NCBI GenBank assembly: GCA_004431415.1
Contig: QPMI01000096.1
Location: 124,001 to 188,000, forward strand
Reading direction: 5' to 3'
DNA length: 64,000 nt
Origin: Cyanophora paradoxa CCMP329
Lineage: Eukaryota; Plantae; Glaucophyta
Shown: positions 27,201 to 49,311 of the stretch, one piece after another
How positions within the stretch are numbered: position 1 is the first letter of the stretch
Layout of the letters: every line of letters starts with the position of its first letter
Made by a program: the position numbers and the translations under genes
Notes under the pieces: model-generated
Databases searched by the model: none
The model's input: the letters and a program-made list of their open reading frames with translations, nothing else
Told to the model about the DNA's origin: nothing

Positions 27201-29871
27201 CAGTTAATAATTTTGATCCGCTTCCCGACTCCTCCAGGCCCGTGCGAGGTGCGGCGGCTCAGCGACGCGGCGTCGACGTCGACCGCCCGGAACGCGACGG
27301 CGGACGGCGGTGAGCTTGAGTATATTTGTGCATGCGCGTCGTGGTCCGGGGCTCATAGAGCGCTACTTTGTTTGTCGTTGATTCGGATTCGCATCGTTCG
27401 AATTCTTATCGATGGAGTCGCAGCGGGTGTGTACATTGCGGTCAGCGGCGTGGCGGTCGCGGTCGACGGCGCCCCGGCACCGACGGCGGAGGCGCGCTAC
27501 GATGCAGCCCAGCGGAGCTGCCTGTGCGCTTCCCGGTCGAATCTTAACTAGCTTTAGACGCTTTATTCATTCTCCGTCGTCGACGACGACGACGGCGCCG
27601 CAGGGTGACGTGGCGCTGCGACGACTGCCGCCTGGCCGCGAGCGAGGCGGCCGTCGACTTCCGCCTCGTCTCCCGCCTCGCCTTCGCCGTCGCGACCAGC
27701 TACCTCGCCCGCGTGCGCTCGACCCGCCTTATAATCTGTAAACCGAAGAGCGATGTTCACGGCTTCTTTCTATGTGGGAGCAGGTGCCGAACTACGCGGC
27801 GGTCGAGGGCCTCGTCTCGCCGAGCGCCGCCGGCCAGTTCACCGTCTTCCGCGGCGTCCGTCCCGTCACGGTTCGAATTCGCCCTCTCCCTCGCGTCCAT
27901 TCGCCCAATATATCAAACACGTGCACATTGTTTCTCGCCCCATCTCTGACTCTTTCTCTCCCTGCAGGTCCCCCTCGCGCTGACGCCCGTCCACTTTGAG
28001 GCGAGCTTAGGCTTAGGCTGTAGCGCCAGAGCCAGCTCTTTAGGGTCGCAATTACCGCAGCGTGAACTGAACGCGCGGGCGCGCGCAGGACTCGCGGGAC
28101 GGGTTGCCGCGGTACGATGTGGCGCTCCGGCCGGCCGACAACCGCGCCGCCGAGCGCAGCGAGGCCTCCTTCGTGCGCACTGCCCACTTAGCTGCTTAAC
28201 CTAGCTATCGAGCTTATATTATATTTAGCTAAAGCTCGTTCTTCCGGCCCGACTGCGCCTTCTGCAGTGCAGCTGACGCCGCGGCCGCCCGCCCCGCCGC
28301 GCGAGCGCGCGCAGGGCCTCTGCTCGATGACGCGGCCGCTCTGGGAGCCCGAGTGCGCCGGCGAGGCCGTCGTCTTCCGCCTCGCGCTGCGCGTCTCGAC
28401 CACCTTCCTCCGCGTCTCCCGCGTCGAGCGGGTGAGCCTCGGGCTCGAGCTCGGGCCGGCCGCGGGGCACCCTCTACGTGACATGATATAAAGCCTCAAG
28501 CCCCCTGAATCTCATGATCACGCGCCCCGCCAGGCGGGGTACCTGGACACGATCGCCGACGTGGCATCCCTCGCCGAGCTCGCCATCCAGGTGACACTCC
28601 GAACACAGACGCAGACACGCGTTCTTTGGATGCGTTCATAAGTCACATATATATGGAAAGATAGATGGAGATGTCGATCATCAAACGCGTTCCTTCAATT
28701 TCATATAATCATCAACTTCAAGCGCTTGCTAGCTTGGGCTCTGGATCTGCTGACCAGGACTTTGCTCACCAGGTGGGGTCGACCCTCGTCCTCGCTTTCT
28801 TTCTCGTGGCGCGCCGCGTCCCGGTCCGCCCCCCCCCCCTCTCCCCCCCGCCCCCCCTCCCTCCCCCCCCCGCCCCCCCCCCCCCCCCCCGCCCTCGCCT
28901 GCAGCTTCCGTTTCCTTTCCTAAAGGGAGAGAGGGCAGGCGTGGAGGCGGTGGCTGGCCAAGGCCGACAAGCTTAAGGACGGCTCTGCGCGAGGCGAATC
29001 CGAACGCAAGGCCAAGGGCCACGGCAAGCGCGGCGAAAGACGGTCGTCGCTGCCGCCGTCGGCGCTCTCGCTGGACTCTGTCACCGTCTTCGAGCTGGGG
29101 CCGGCCGCGTCGGCTTCGCTCGCGACCGCGACGTCGATGTCGACCGGCGAGGGCGAGGGCGGCCGCACCGGCGCCGGTACTACCGGCAGCCTCGGCCTCG
29201 CCCCGGCCGCCCGCGGCCGCCGCCTCCTCTCCGCCGACAGCCTGCTGCCCCCGCGGGCGAGCTCGGGAGCCTCGAATTCCAATCCGGCGTGCATGGCCCC
29301 AAGCGCCCCCCGGCCCCCGTCCCTCCCCCCGCCCGGCCTCTCCAGCCGCCCTCCACACCTCAGCATAGTCATCAAGGACGGCTTTGAGGTGCGGGTACCC
29401 CGCCACTGCGAATTCGATTCGAGTCCGGCCGGCCGACCGGCGAGTGCGCAGGGCGCGCCCTGGGGGCCCCTTCCGAGGCGGCCGGCGCACGCGTCCCGCA
29501 GCGCCCCTTGCTCCCCTCCCACAGAGCCCCTCGCCGCCGCCCGCGGCCCCCAGTCCCTCTCGCCCCTCTCGAGCTGGCCCCCCGCCAGCCCCTTCACCCA
29601 CCAGCCCATCCGGTCCCCTTCGGCCATCGACCTCGGCTCGCGATCGCGCCCCTCCTCTTCAAATCCGACGGGGCCGGACGGGGCGGACCGCCTGTCGGCC
29701 GTCACCGGGAGCCTGCCCCGCGCGCGGTCGCGGTCGGCGGGCTCCGCGGACTCTGCCGCGCTGCGCATGCGGTACGGCCTCGGGATCGGTCCCGGCGCCT
29801 CGCTCGGCGTCCCCTCGCAGCCGCCGCCACCCCCGCGCGGCGGCCGGCCCACCCTGCCGCCGCACGGATAG
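12287..29871 (+). CDS. Giant multi-exon cell-surface membrane protein: signal peptide, two LamG/concanavalin-like domains, long array of GCC2/GCC3 (ephrin-receptor-like) Cys-rich repeats, three TM segments, Pro/Ser-rich tail (gene span; many short GT-AG introns)
   Basis: Hydrophobic N-terminus (GLLGLGLGMVLGLLQLLALGPPLCEAQ). LamG motifs YSIEFW/IRP, FTIEAWVKP, VGSWTHIAIAV...YRNG, GFRVWGGAL. Dozens of CxxCPxGxY units at ~19880-25760 (e.g. CTPGYYSPPGSTACLPCPKGT, CLSCPLGSYSSGDSTKCIPCDRG). TM segments at ~26200-26280, ~26900-26975 and ~28775-28815. Last exon ends at TAG 29871. Could be two adjacent genes. Confidence 0.75.
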
Positions 29872-30426
29872 ACTGAGAGATCGCTTTCTAGGCCATCTTA
29901 CTAGTTAGTGCGCGCTAGCTAGCCTTTCCAATCTAGCTTAAGATTTAGAGATCGCTACCTTAGTCCGCCGCCGCACAAAAAGAACCGAGGCAAAAAAATT
30001 TGCAAAATGTTTTGGACCCTCGGGGGTCCCTGGCACTCCCTGCAGCTGATGAGCCTGCGAGCCGCGGCCTCGGGGACGCGTACGTCCCCGGCCCCCGCGA
30101 CCGCGGCCCGATCCGGATCGGATCCGGATCCGGGGGCCGGGCCCGGGCCCCGGGGGCCGGGGCGCCGGCACAACCGTTGAACCGCCGCCGCGGCGCCGCG
30201 CGCGGCGCCGCGACGCGCGCGCGCTGCAGCCCCGGCCCGCCGCCGCGCACGTGCATACTATGACACGCGCCGCGCGCGCGCGTTCTACTACCGAACTTAG
30301 TATATACGTATACAGGCTGAGAAATCATACAGCGCGCGCGGCCGCGGAGCCTGCCGCAGTGCGGCCGCCGCCGGGCCGCGGCCGGGCGCCGGCGGAGCGC
30401 CGCCGGGCCGGATCCCGGACTCCGGC

Positions 30427-30837
30427 CAGGGCTGTCAGCCGGAATATTCCAGCCTGGAACGTTCCCGGAATATTAGAAAATTTTGGGAAAATTTTCGCGT
30501 CCCGTTTGCAGGGGGAAAATTTTAGGAAATTGAATATAGTTTAATGATTATTTTATTCATTTTCATCCCTTTTCTGCGCCCCCTCCCCCCCTTCTGACCC
30601 CACCACGGGCCTTGCATTTCCGTCTCCAAGCTCCAGATGGCTGTATACTGTCTCTCAGAATGCTTGTTGTGATGTTATCTTAGTGCTTCGCAGCTTTGAA
30701 AGGGCGTCTGCGGTGCGCAGCGCACGGTATTGAGAATTTTCCAGGATTTTGTATGGTGGAATATTCCGGGAACGTTCCCGGAATATTCCTCAAAATTTTC
30801 TGGTCCATTTTGGGGGGGTAAAATTTTGACAGCCCTG
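30427..30837. mobile_element. hAT-superfamily MITE (411 bp)
   Basis: 11-bp TIR CAGGGCTGTCA (30427-30437) / TGACAGCCCTG (30827-30837), flanked by a perfect 8-bp TSD ACTCCGGC (30419-30426, 30838-30845). AT-rich, non-coding interior. Confidence 0.92.
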
Positions 30838-31356
30838 ACTCCGGCCCCGGGGCCGGACTCCCGCCGGAGGCCCGGAGCTCGAGGGCCGTCGACTCGGCGT
30901 CGAGTCGGCGTCGAATGGACTCGAATCGGCGTCGAGGCGCCCCAAGTTCCCCCAACTTGCCTCCAACCAGGCTCCAAGCCCCAAAACTCCGCGCCGGGTC
31001 GAACTCCAGTACCTGCGAGTCGACGAGTACTAGTACGTCTGCATGTGCTGCGAGGCGGCAGTTACCTTGACTAGTGTACCCCCACCGTCCCCGGTACGAC
31101 GTGTTCGCTCTTAGAGGCCGTGTGGCGCCGCGCGGCTTCCAAGCTCCACCTGGCGGCGGTGTGAGCGCGCGCTGCTGCTCGTTCTCTGCATCCGGATTCT
31201 GGAGCAGAGCAGCTCCATCCATACCGGCGACAGAAGCTCAAGCTCCAGCAGCTGAACGCCCTCCAGACCAGCGCCCGCAGCTGGCCCCGTCACCAGACAC
31301 CATTAGTCCGGCGCGTCCAGAATAGCCCACGCAGCGTTGGTAGGCACCGATCAGCG

Positions 31357-41020
<9,664 letters not shown>

Positions 41021-42367
41021 TTTTATTCAAAACCCATCTAAACCGCTTCTCGGCCCGCCCCGGCCGCCTCTGAAGCCGTTGCGTTGCAGGGCGTCCCCGC
41101 CGAGGTCGGAGAGCAGGCGCAGGGGGCATCGGGCTCGGGCTCGGGGGCGGGAGGCGCCGCCGTCCCGCGCTCCAAGTCCGCCAAGGGCAAGAACTTCGTC
41201 GTCCTGTAGGCTTAGGCTTCGATCAGGCCTTGACTCGGCTCGGCGGCTGGGCCCCCTGCGGGCTTCAAGGCTGCAGCTCGCGCCCTCGCCTTGCAATTGT
41301 ATTCCCGGTATATATGTACCCGTTGGCTTCGCGATCGGCTCCTGTCGCGCGGTCCAGGCTTGCAATTGGACTCCATCTAATTCTTTCCATTCAATTTCGG
41401 GGGTATCATAGTAACGCGACCCCTTTTGCCTTGCGCATGTAAGGTTCCAGACGTTCAGAATTTCTTTGTATCGACATTTTGGGGGGGAGGGGTTTTTCAG
41501 AGTTTATCTGCAGCATTATTTAGTCAGCTAGCCTCGTATTCTATTCCTCAGCGTATGACACCTTCTGTTGCACTGCTCCATTCGGTGATCGTGATGCATA
41601 GTAGTTTAGTGCTTCATGTATATTGCTAGTGGTTCCTTGCATGTTTACTTGAATGCGGACGTCCAGCTGGAAAGTCCGGGCCGGAGACACAGTCGAACGG
41701 GAAACTCGACACCCTAAGCCTCCGCACATGTATCCGGTGATCATGATCATAGTTGACTCCCGGCCTGGCCTCCACTGCGCATGCCGCATCATGATCATGA
41801 CCTACGCAGTGCTGCATGCGCAGGGCGGCCCGCTAGCGCTTGGCCCTGCCGCCCGGGGGCCCGGGGGCCGGGCCGGGGGCCGGCCCGGCCCTGGCCCGCG
41901 CCCGGGGCCGCGGGCCGCGGCGCCGGCCGGGGCCCGGGGCCGGGGCCGGGGCCGGGACCCAGGGGCCCGGGCCCGGGGGCCGGGGGCGGCGGGGCCCGAC
42001 CGGCCTCGACGCCGCCCGATCGCGAGCCGCCCGACTCGGCTATATCGATCGACTCGTACATGTCGAGCTGCAGCCTGCACAGTACTAGTCACTGAGTCTG
42101 CACTGCGGCAGGCGCCGGCAGCTACCGGTACGTACTGAAATCTTTGAGAATTCGAAAAAGCGCCACTGCAGCTGCACGCGCGCGCGGCTAGTACTAGTGG
42201 GTCAGGGGGTAGGTGGATCAGGAGGGGTACGTATGGAAAGCGCATTCGAATTCGTCAAATTCAACGATTCACAAAAAGCAAAACAATTGCAACTGGAGGC
42301 TGCAAGCGTATAGCTAGTCTTTAAGTGTAGCTAGTTTAAAGACCTGAAGGGGGAGCTAGTGCGGCTA

Positions 42368-42549
42368 ATCTGGCGTTGAAAAGGTTGTGATGATAGTTGG
42401 TTGGCCTAGCTAGGCCTGGCCTGGGCCTGGGCGGCCAGCGCCGCGGCCGACATCGATCACGGCTTGTCTAGATCTGGCGTTGAAAAGGTTACGATAGTTG
42501 GTCGGCCTAGCTAGGCCTAGGCTAGGGGGGCCGCCGCGGCCGATCACGG
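42368..42549. repeat. ~104-bp imperfect tandem duplication just downstream of the antiporter stop codon
   Basis: atctggcgttgaaaaggtt...gatagttgg.tggcctagctaggcct...ccgcggccga..cacgg starts at 42368 and again at 42472. Confidence 0.85.
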
Positions 42550-45500
42550 TCAGGCCTTGGAGGGCGTGCCGGCGCCGGCGACGTCGATGGAGAGGCGATC
42601 GTGCGAGGCGATGCCGGAGGCCATAGCCCCGAGGAGCGCCGTCGGCACCAGCGCGTCCTTGGCGCTCGCGTCCTGCTTCTCCACGTAGTTCTGCTCCCCG
42701 GCGGCCCCGCCCCGGCGCGTCAAGTCGCAGTCCAAGGCGGGGCGGATCCGGTGTGCGTCTAGATGGTGGGGCACGGGGCGAGAGGGGTCCGGAGGGGATC
42801 TACAGGTCCGGAGGAGGAGGAGGTGGTGGTGGAGGAGGGAGGGGCGCACGAGGTTGGCCATGGCGGAGGTGTAGTCCGAGTCGTCGTGCTTCCGCAGGCG
42901 GTGGCCCTTGGGGATGCCCCCCGGCGGCGGGTCCGGGTGCCGCGCCCTCGCCCGCTCCTGCTCCTCGGGGGCGAGCACGGCGAGGGCCAGCGCCGTGTCC
43001 GTCGCGTGCAGCACGCCGTTCGCGAAGCCGGCGCGCGGCTTGCCCTTCACGACGTGCAGCTCCTTCTCCGCCGGCGTGAGCGCCGCCTGCAGACAGACAG
43101 GAAGTCAAGGGCGCGCCAGAAGCAGAGCGCAGGGGAAGGCCTCGCGAGCGAGCCTTGTAAAGCATAGTTGCGTAGACGGATCCGCCGTAGGAAACGATGG
43201 CCCCAAGCTCTGCGAAGACGGGGCGGGGCGGGGGGCCGGGGCCTCGCTCAGCGGGGCCCAGCCAAGTCAAGTCTGTCCGGGGGAGCGTTCGCCCGCACCG
43301 GTGAACGGCTTCATCCACGCGACGTTGCGGATCGTCGCGACGACGCGCTTCACCTGCGCCGCGGCCTCGGCTCAGGCGGAGCTTAGAGGGCGGGGCGGTG
43401 GGGCCGGGGGCGACCTGCAGGGCGTGGATGAGGTACTCGCAGACGGCGTACGTCTCCCGCTCCGTGCCCAGCGAGACGAGGGCCGCCTGCCGCGGAGGCA
43501 GAGACCGAGTCAGAGCAAGGCAAAGCAAAGCAAAGCGGAGGAGCAAGCAAGGACCTCGACGGAGGTGGCGGTGACGTCGAAGGTCTGCTCGACCATAGCC
43601 GAGAGGAGCGCCTCCACGCCCTGCTCCACGTCGTCGCCCCCGCTGGCCCCGGCAGCTCCGGCTCCGCCCTTGCCGGCGCCGTGGTCGTCCGCCTTGTGCC
43701 GCGCGACGTCCATGTGCCGGATCGTCGCCCCGCCCTACACGGCGCGCTGGCGTCAGGCGGCGCGCGGCGCGTGGGGCGGCGGCCGCTCGCCTTGGCGAAG
43801 TAGACCTCGCTCTTCTGGAGCATGGGGATGGAGACGTTCAGCGGTGGGTTGACACTGCCCTCCTGCGCGCCGGCGACAGGGGTCAGTAAGGCTAGGCCGC
43901 GGGATCCGCGGGAGAGCCCGCGGGACGCGCACAGCCGACTTCTCGCTGCCGGTGCCCGCCCCGACGGCGAGCCCCTCCGCGGTGCTGGGGGAGCGGCTGG
44001 GCGGCTGCGGCTGGCCCAGCGACGTGTCCGAGACAGAGAGTGGGATGCCGCCCCCGCCGGGCGCCGCGACGCCGGTCGTGGACGCCCCGTCGCTCCCGAA
44101 CGGCACGAAGTCGGCGCCGAGCTCCGCAGCGGCGCGCTGGAGCCGCTCCGAGTCGACGTCGAGGACGGTGAGGTGCGCCTTTGCGTCTTGTATGCGCTTC
44201 GCCGCCAGCAGCGCCGACTCGTCCTCCAGGCCGACGACGAGGACGCGGCGAGCGGGGCCGCCCGTCGCGACCAGCTCGTCGACCTGCGGCGAGGCGAGGC
44301 GGGGGAAGGGAGTGAGAAGACATTCTCGGATCAAATCGCCCGGATCAAATCTATCTATTTATATCCATCGGGGGGTACCTCGAGGCTCTCGTCGGGGATC
44401 TCGCCCGCCATCTTGATGCCGGCCTTCGCGAGCAGGACCTGTACCCCCCCGGCGGCTCTCAGAGGGAGGGGGCGCAGGCTGGCGCAAGGGCGGCGTGTAC
44501 CCCCAGGATGTTGTTGATCAGCACCGAGCCCAGGATCGCGGTCGCTGCGGGGCGGGCGCGGCGTCATGAAGGGTAGGATGAAGGAAGGAAGGAAGGAACG
44601 CGGGGACGCGGGCGGGCGGGGCGCACAGAACTCGGTGCCGAACTCGTCGAACATGAGCTCGATCTTGGCGACGAGGCCGAAGGACATGCCGCCCTGCGGC
44701 GCGTACCTGCCGCGCCCGCCGGCCGGCCGCTCAGCGGGCGAGCGGCTCTCGGAAGGGAGAAGAAGAAGGGCGCACGTGAGCCACATGCCCTTCCAGAAGG
44801 CGGGCGGCTGCTTGAGGGCGAGCCCGACGGGGATGCAGCCGACGGCGCACGCCAGCATGCGCACGATCACGTACACGATCGCGAAGCTGCGCCGGCGCCG
44901 TCGTCAGCAGAAGGGACGGGCGAGGCGACGCGGCGACGCGGAGGGAGGAGGGAGGGAGGGCGCCGCGGGACAGGCTCTTAGAATCCTTAGAAGCCTAACC
45001 TAAAGAACCTTCCAGGCTCTAAAGAACAGCCTAGATTCTTTAGGTTAGGCTATAAGGTTCTTTCTTAAGCGCACAGGAGGGCCTTCGGGTTAGGCTTCTA
45101 CGGTTCTTCATGATTGAGGTTCTTGAGGTTAGGCTCCTAAGGCTATTTTTAGAGCGCACAGGAGGGCCTTGGCGAGGACGCCGGCGTTGATCTTGGCGCC
45201 CGAGAGCGTGAAGAAAGGGACGAAGACGTAGGGCGAGACCTGCGTCGGATCAAATCAGATCAGATCAGATCGGATCGGATCGGATCAGATCGGATCAGAA
45301 GGGGGGCGAGACCTCGCTCAGGAAGGAGAGGAACTTGTTGCGGTTCCCCACCTGCGTGCGGCGGTGCGGCGGGGGCCGTCAGAGCGGCTTAGCGGGGCGG
45401 GCAGCCTCTTCTGAAGGAGCGGGCGGGGCGGTGGGCGGGGCGGGGCTCGGAAGGGAAGAGGGGGGGGGGGGGGGGGCTCGGCGGGCAGAGAGAGGGAGAG

Positions 45501-47193
45501 AGCGCGCGGGGCGAGTTGGAGGGGGGAAGGGAGGGGGGGTACGGGCCTGGTTCGTGGCGACGTAGCCGGCGGTGATGGTGACGAGGAGACCCTCCAGCGA
45601 GAGGTCCGCCTTGAGGAAGCGCAGGCTGGGGGGGAGGAGTCGGCTCAGATCAGATCTGAGCGGGGCGGGGCGGGGCGCTCAGATCAGATCTGAGCGGACC
45701 TGAGGTAGTCGGCGGTCGCGGAGAGCTGCTCGGTGCCCCACCCCAGAAGCAGGATGGCCCAGTGGAAGGGGATCCGCGGGTACCGCGCGTTCAGGTTCAG
45801 CCTGCGCTCAGGTGAGTCGGGGCGGCGCGAGACGGCGAGGGGCGGGGCGGGGCGGGGCGAACAGGACGACGATGAGCTTGCCGACGAGCCAGCCGGCGAT
45901 GAACGAGGCGACGATGTTGATCACGAGGAAGACCATAGCCAGCGGGCTGAAGCCGCCCCCAAGGATCGCCTGCCGCGCGCCCGCTGAGGGAGGCCGGAGG
46001 GCCGGGCGGCTGCGGGGATGGAGGGGGGGTGGGGTACCGTGTTGGCGTAGCTGGAGCTAACGGAGAAGAAGATGAGCGCCAGCATGCAGCTGCCGGCGGC
46101 GGCGTCAGGCAGGGTCGCGTGCGCGCACGATCGACAGGGCGCGTACCCGACGGCGGTGTTTCCCATGACGCAGCTGCGCGGGCGGGAACGGTTCAGCGCC
46201 CCTGCGGCGGCGGCGGCGGAGGAGGAGGCGGCGCTGGTGGGGGCGGGCGGCGGCGCACGAGGTGCTGCACGGCGCAGAGAAGACGGGGCGGAGAAGCGGG
46301 GGACGCGTCAGCGCGCTCGCTCGGAGGGAAAGATAGCTAGGGCGGAGCACGCACAAGGGACCTGCGGAGCGGTCGAGTCAGCGGCGGGCGCGGGAAAGGG
46401 GGCCGGGCGGGGGTCGAACCCTTGGCCTTGATCTCGCGAACAAGGCCGCTGCGGGGCGGGGAGGGCGTTAGGCGGCGGCGCTGGAAGGATGGGAGCCCTT
46501 CCGGACGCACAGGAGGGAGCCCGGGGCGAGCGCGATGGAGACGCAGCCGCAGAGGAGGCCAAGGGAGATGCGCTGCGAGAGCGTCGCGCCCTTCGGCTCG
46601 GCGAGAAGCCCCGCCATCTGGAAGACCGAGACGAAGAGAGCGCCGAAGAGGAGCTGGGCGAGCGAGAAGCCGAGCGTGACGAGCAGGATGGACTTCAGGC
46701 TGCTGCGGATCTGCGGCATGTAGAGCTCCGCGCCGGCGCTCATGCTGATGAACGCCAGGCCTGTCTGCTGGATCATCGCCAGCTGCTTCAGCTTGCTCTT
46801 CTCGCCTGCCGCGCCCCGCTGTTAGGCGGCGAGGCGGCGGCGGCGGGTCGCGGACGGCGGCGCACCCAGCATGCCCACGGCCGACGCGCACATCCCGACG
46901 AGCACGTAGCTGCGCGCGCGCGTGAGCTGGAGTGGTCGCGCGCAGGCGTTCCGGCGGGGCTCACGTGCAGATGGCCGGCAATTTGATTTTCTGCGGGCGG
47001 CGCGGGTCGTGAGCGCACGCGTCGGCGGGCTAGAGAGCGGAAGCGCACCTGTCCATACGGGACGATGCGGGCTGCCGCAAAGCTGCGCGGCAAGCGCGTC
47101 GGCGGAAGACGACAAGCGATTCGGCGCGCGCCCGCACCACAGGATGCTGAAGGCCAGCGCAACGCCCCAGAACGTGGAGTTATAAGCGATCAT
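42550..47193 (-). CDS. Cation/H+ antiporter (CPA2 / Na_H_Exchanger family) with C-terminal TrkA-N/RCK-like region (multi-exon span)
   Basis: Many TM exons with CPA2-like motifs: GLAFISMSAGAELYMPQI, SPYVFVPFFTLSGAKIN, YVIVRMLA, QGGMSFGLV. Rossmann-like RRVLVVGLEDESALLAAKRIQDAKAHLTVLDVDSERL and VSLGTERETYAVCEYL. Confidence 0.85.
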
Positions 47194-49311
47194 GGCTTTG
47201 CCGGATGCAGGATGGGATGGTCACGATTCTTGCGGCACGCACGCCGCAGAGCCCTGCTCGGCGAATGAGTCAAAGAGTCGCGACGGGCGCCGACAATGAT
47301 GCACCTTCTGTAGAGCCAAATGGGCGGAGTTATGCCACAGAACGCTTGCGAACGCTTGCAAGCGTGTCGCTATCGGCGCGCGGCTCCGGATGAATCGGTG
47401 GCGACCACACGTGCGACTGCTGCACGTGAAGTGGATGTTAGGTCACTGTGCCCGAACGAATGAAGCCAGGCGCCGCGCGCCGGTGGTTGGCGCTCGAAAC
47501 GCACGATGGATACCGCGTGACAGAGCGCCTAGAGCTGCCTGTGCGCTACCTCTAGGACACCGTTCCGCGCTATCTGTAGCTGCGCAGCTGCGTGCGCGCC
47601 GCTCGGCTTCGCTGGCGCTGTACCCGGGGTGAGGGGGGGCCAAGGTCACATGAATTTTCGCGAGCCGGGGCTGGCATGGGCTGTTGGGCGGCGTTGACGC
47701 GACCGCTCGCGCGGGCCGCGCGGCCCGCGCGGCCCGCGGCGCCCCGCGCCCCGCAGCCGGGCGCCGGCGCCGGCCGGGGTGACCGTCGGACGCGACCGCC
47801 CGCCGCGGCGCGCCCGGGCTAGCGCCGCTAGCTCGAGCTCTCTCTGCACGCCGCTGCGCGCATGCCCTCCGGCGTCTCTCCAGTCTCCAGCGCATGCGCA
47901 TGCGCAGCCGCTCGAGCTGCGAGCCTCGGAGCTCGGCCGAGCCTTGACTCCCGATCGCGAATTTCGCCCCCGCCGCGTGCTGCCCCTCGAACTTGAATTC
48001 GAAATTCGCCCACGCCGCCGCGGCCGGCGCCGCCCTCGAACCCGCCCGCGGCCCGCGCCGCCGCCCCTCGAATTTGCCGCCGGGCGAGCCGGAGCAACTT
48101 CGAATTCTGGCCCCGGCACGCCGGGCGCGCGCGGCGCGGCGGGACTGGCCATGGTGCGGCGCCGGCGCCGGCGGCGAGGCTGCGGTGCACGTACGTATAC
48201 GCGTGGCCCATGGCCAGTGGCGGCCCGCGCGCCCCGCGGCCCATGGCCACCGGCTGCGATCCCGGCCCGCCCCCAAAGCTCGGCCGGTCGATATCACGAG
48301 GGACAGCGCACGTGCGGGAGCTCGAGCTCGATCGCGAGCGCTGGCCTGGCCGTGCACGTGCACCGGAGAGGCGGGGCCGGGCGGGCCGGGGCGGGCGCGG
48401 GTCGGGCTCTCGACCGACTCTCGACAGGGCAGAGAGGCGGGGCACGTACGCGTGCACCAGCACCGGCACCGGCGCCGGTTCCGGCGCCGGGTCCGGGATT
48501 GCAACTGGGGATTCCGAAAGTTAACTACCAGGCTATATAGGCTATAGCGAAGTAAGCTTGAACTCATGATGGGCGATGCTGCCCGTCGCGATCGGCGCCA
48601 TCGCGCTTCCGGGACCTGTTGTAAGCTTAAGGGATCTGCCCCCAGGGCTGGCCTGGGCCGCGGCCGCGGCCGAGGGGGCGAGGGCGGGGGGGGCGAGGGG
48701 GCGGGGAGGGGAGGGGGGAGTAGGGGGGAAGGTAGGGGGGATCCGGAAACAGGAAACAGAGATTGGGAGTAGGGGTCCATATATACAGGAGGCCTCCGCA
48801 CGAGGCTTGCGATTGCCCCCCCCCCCCCCCCCCTCCCCCCCCCGGCCTCCTCCCCCTAGGCCTCCCGCTCCGGATCCCTTGCGCCCCGGCCCCCCTCCGC
48901 CCCCTCCCCTCCACACTCCCACCCCTCTCACACACCCCCCACATGCCTGCCCCACGCGTACTATACGGTATGTGCACTCCGGATGCTCGAAGCTTAATAT
49001 AAGAGGGTCCTGATCAGCCTGGTCATGATCAGATGATCAGATCCATGCATATATATATCTGCGCATGCACGTGCCGCCAGTGCACTCCGGATCTTTGAAC
49101 TTATAATTAAGAGAGTCCTCATCAGCCGATACGCGTACGTTGATGTACTGATCATAATTATCGATAGCACAACCGTGTACGCGCGCGCACGGCACCCATG
49201 GCCACGTACGCATACGTAAAATTCCGAAGTTCGCCATACCGTAAAGCACATAGCACTTCCATCGCTAATGCTTCTAATCAAAATATCACACATCACCGGA
49301 GCTTAATTATA

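Noticed and set aside
47443-49013. 452-aa and other ORFs upstream of the antiporter; G-rich and C-rich tracts at 48670-48940
   Set aside because: Low-complexity GC-rich intergenic/promoter DNA with no codon or splice pattern. Similar poly-C tracts occur in introns elsewhere.
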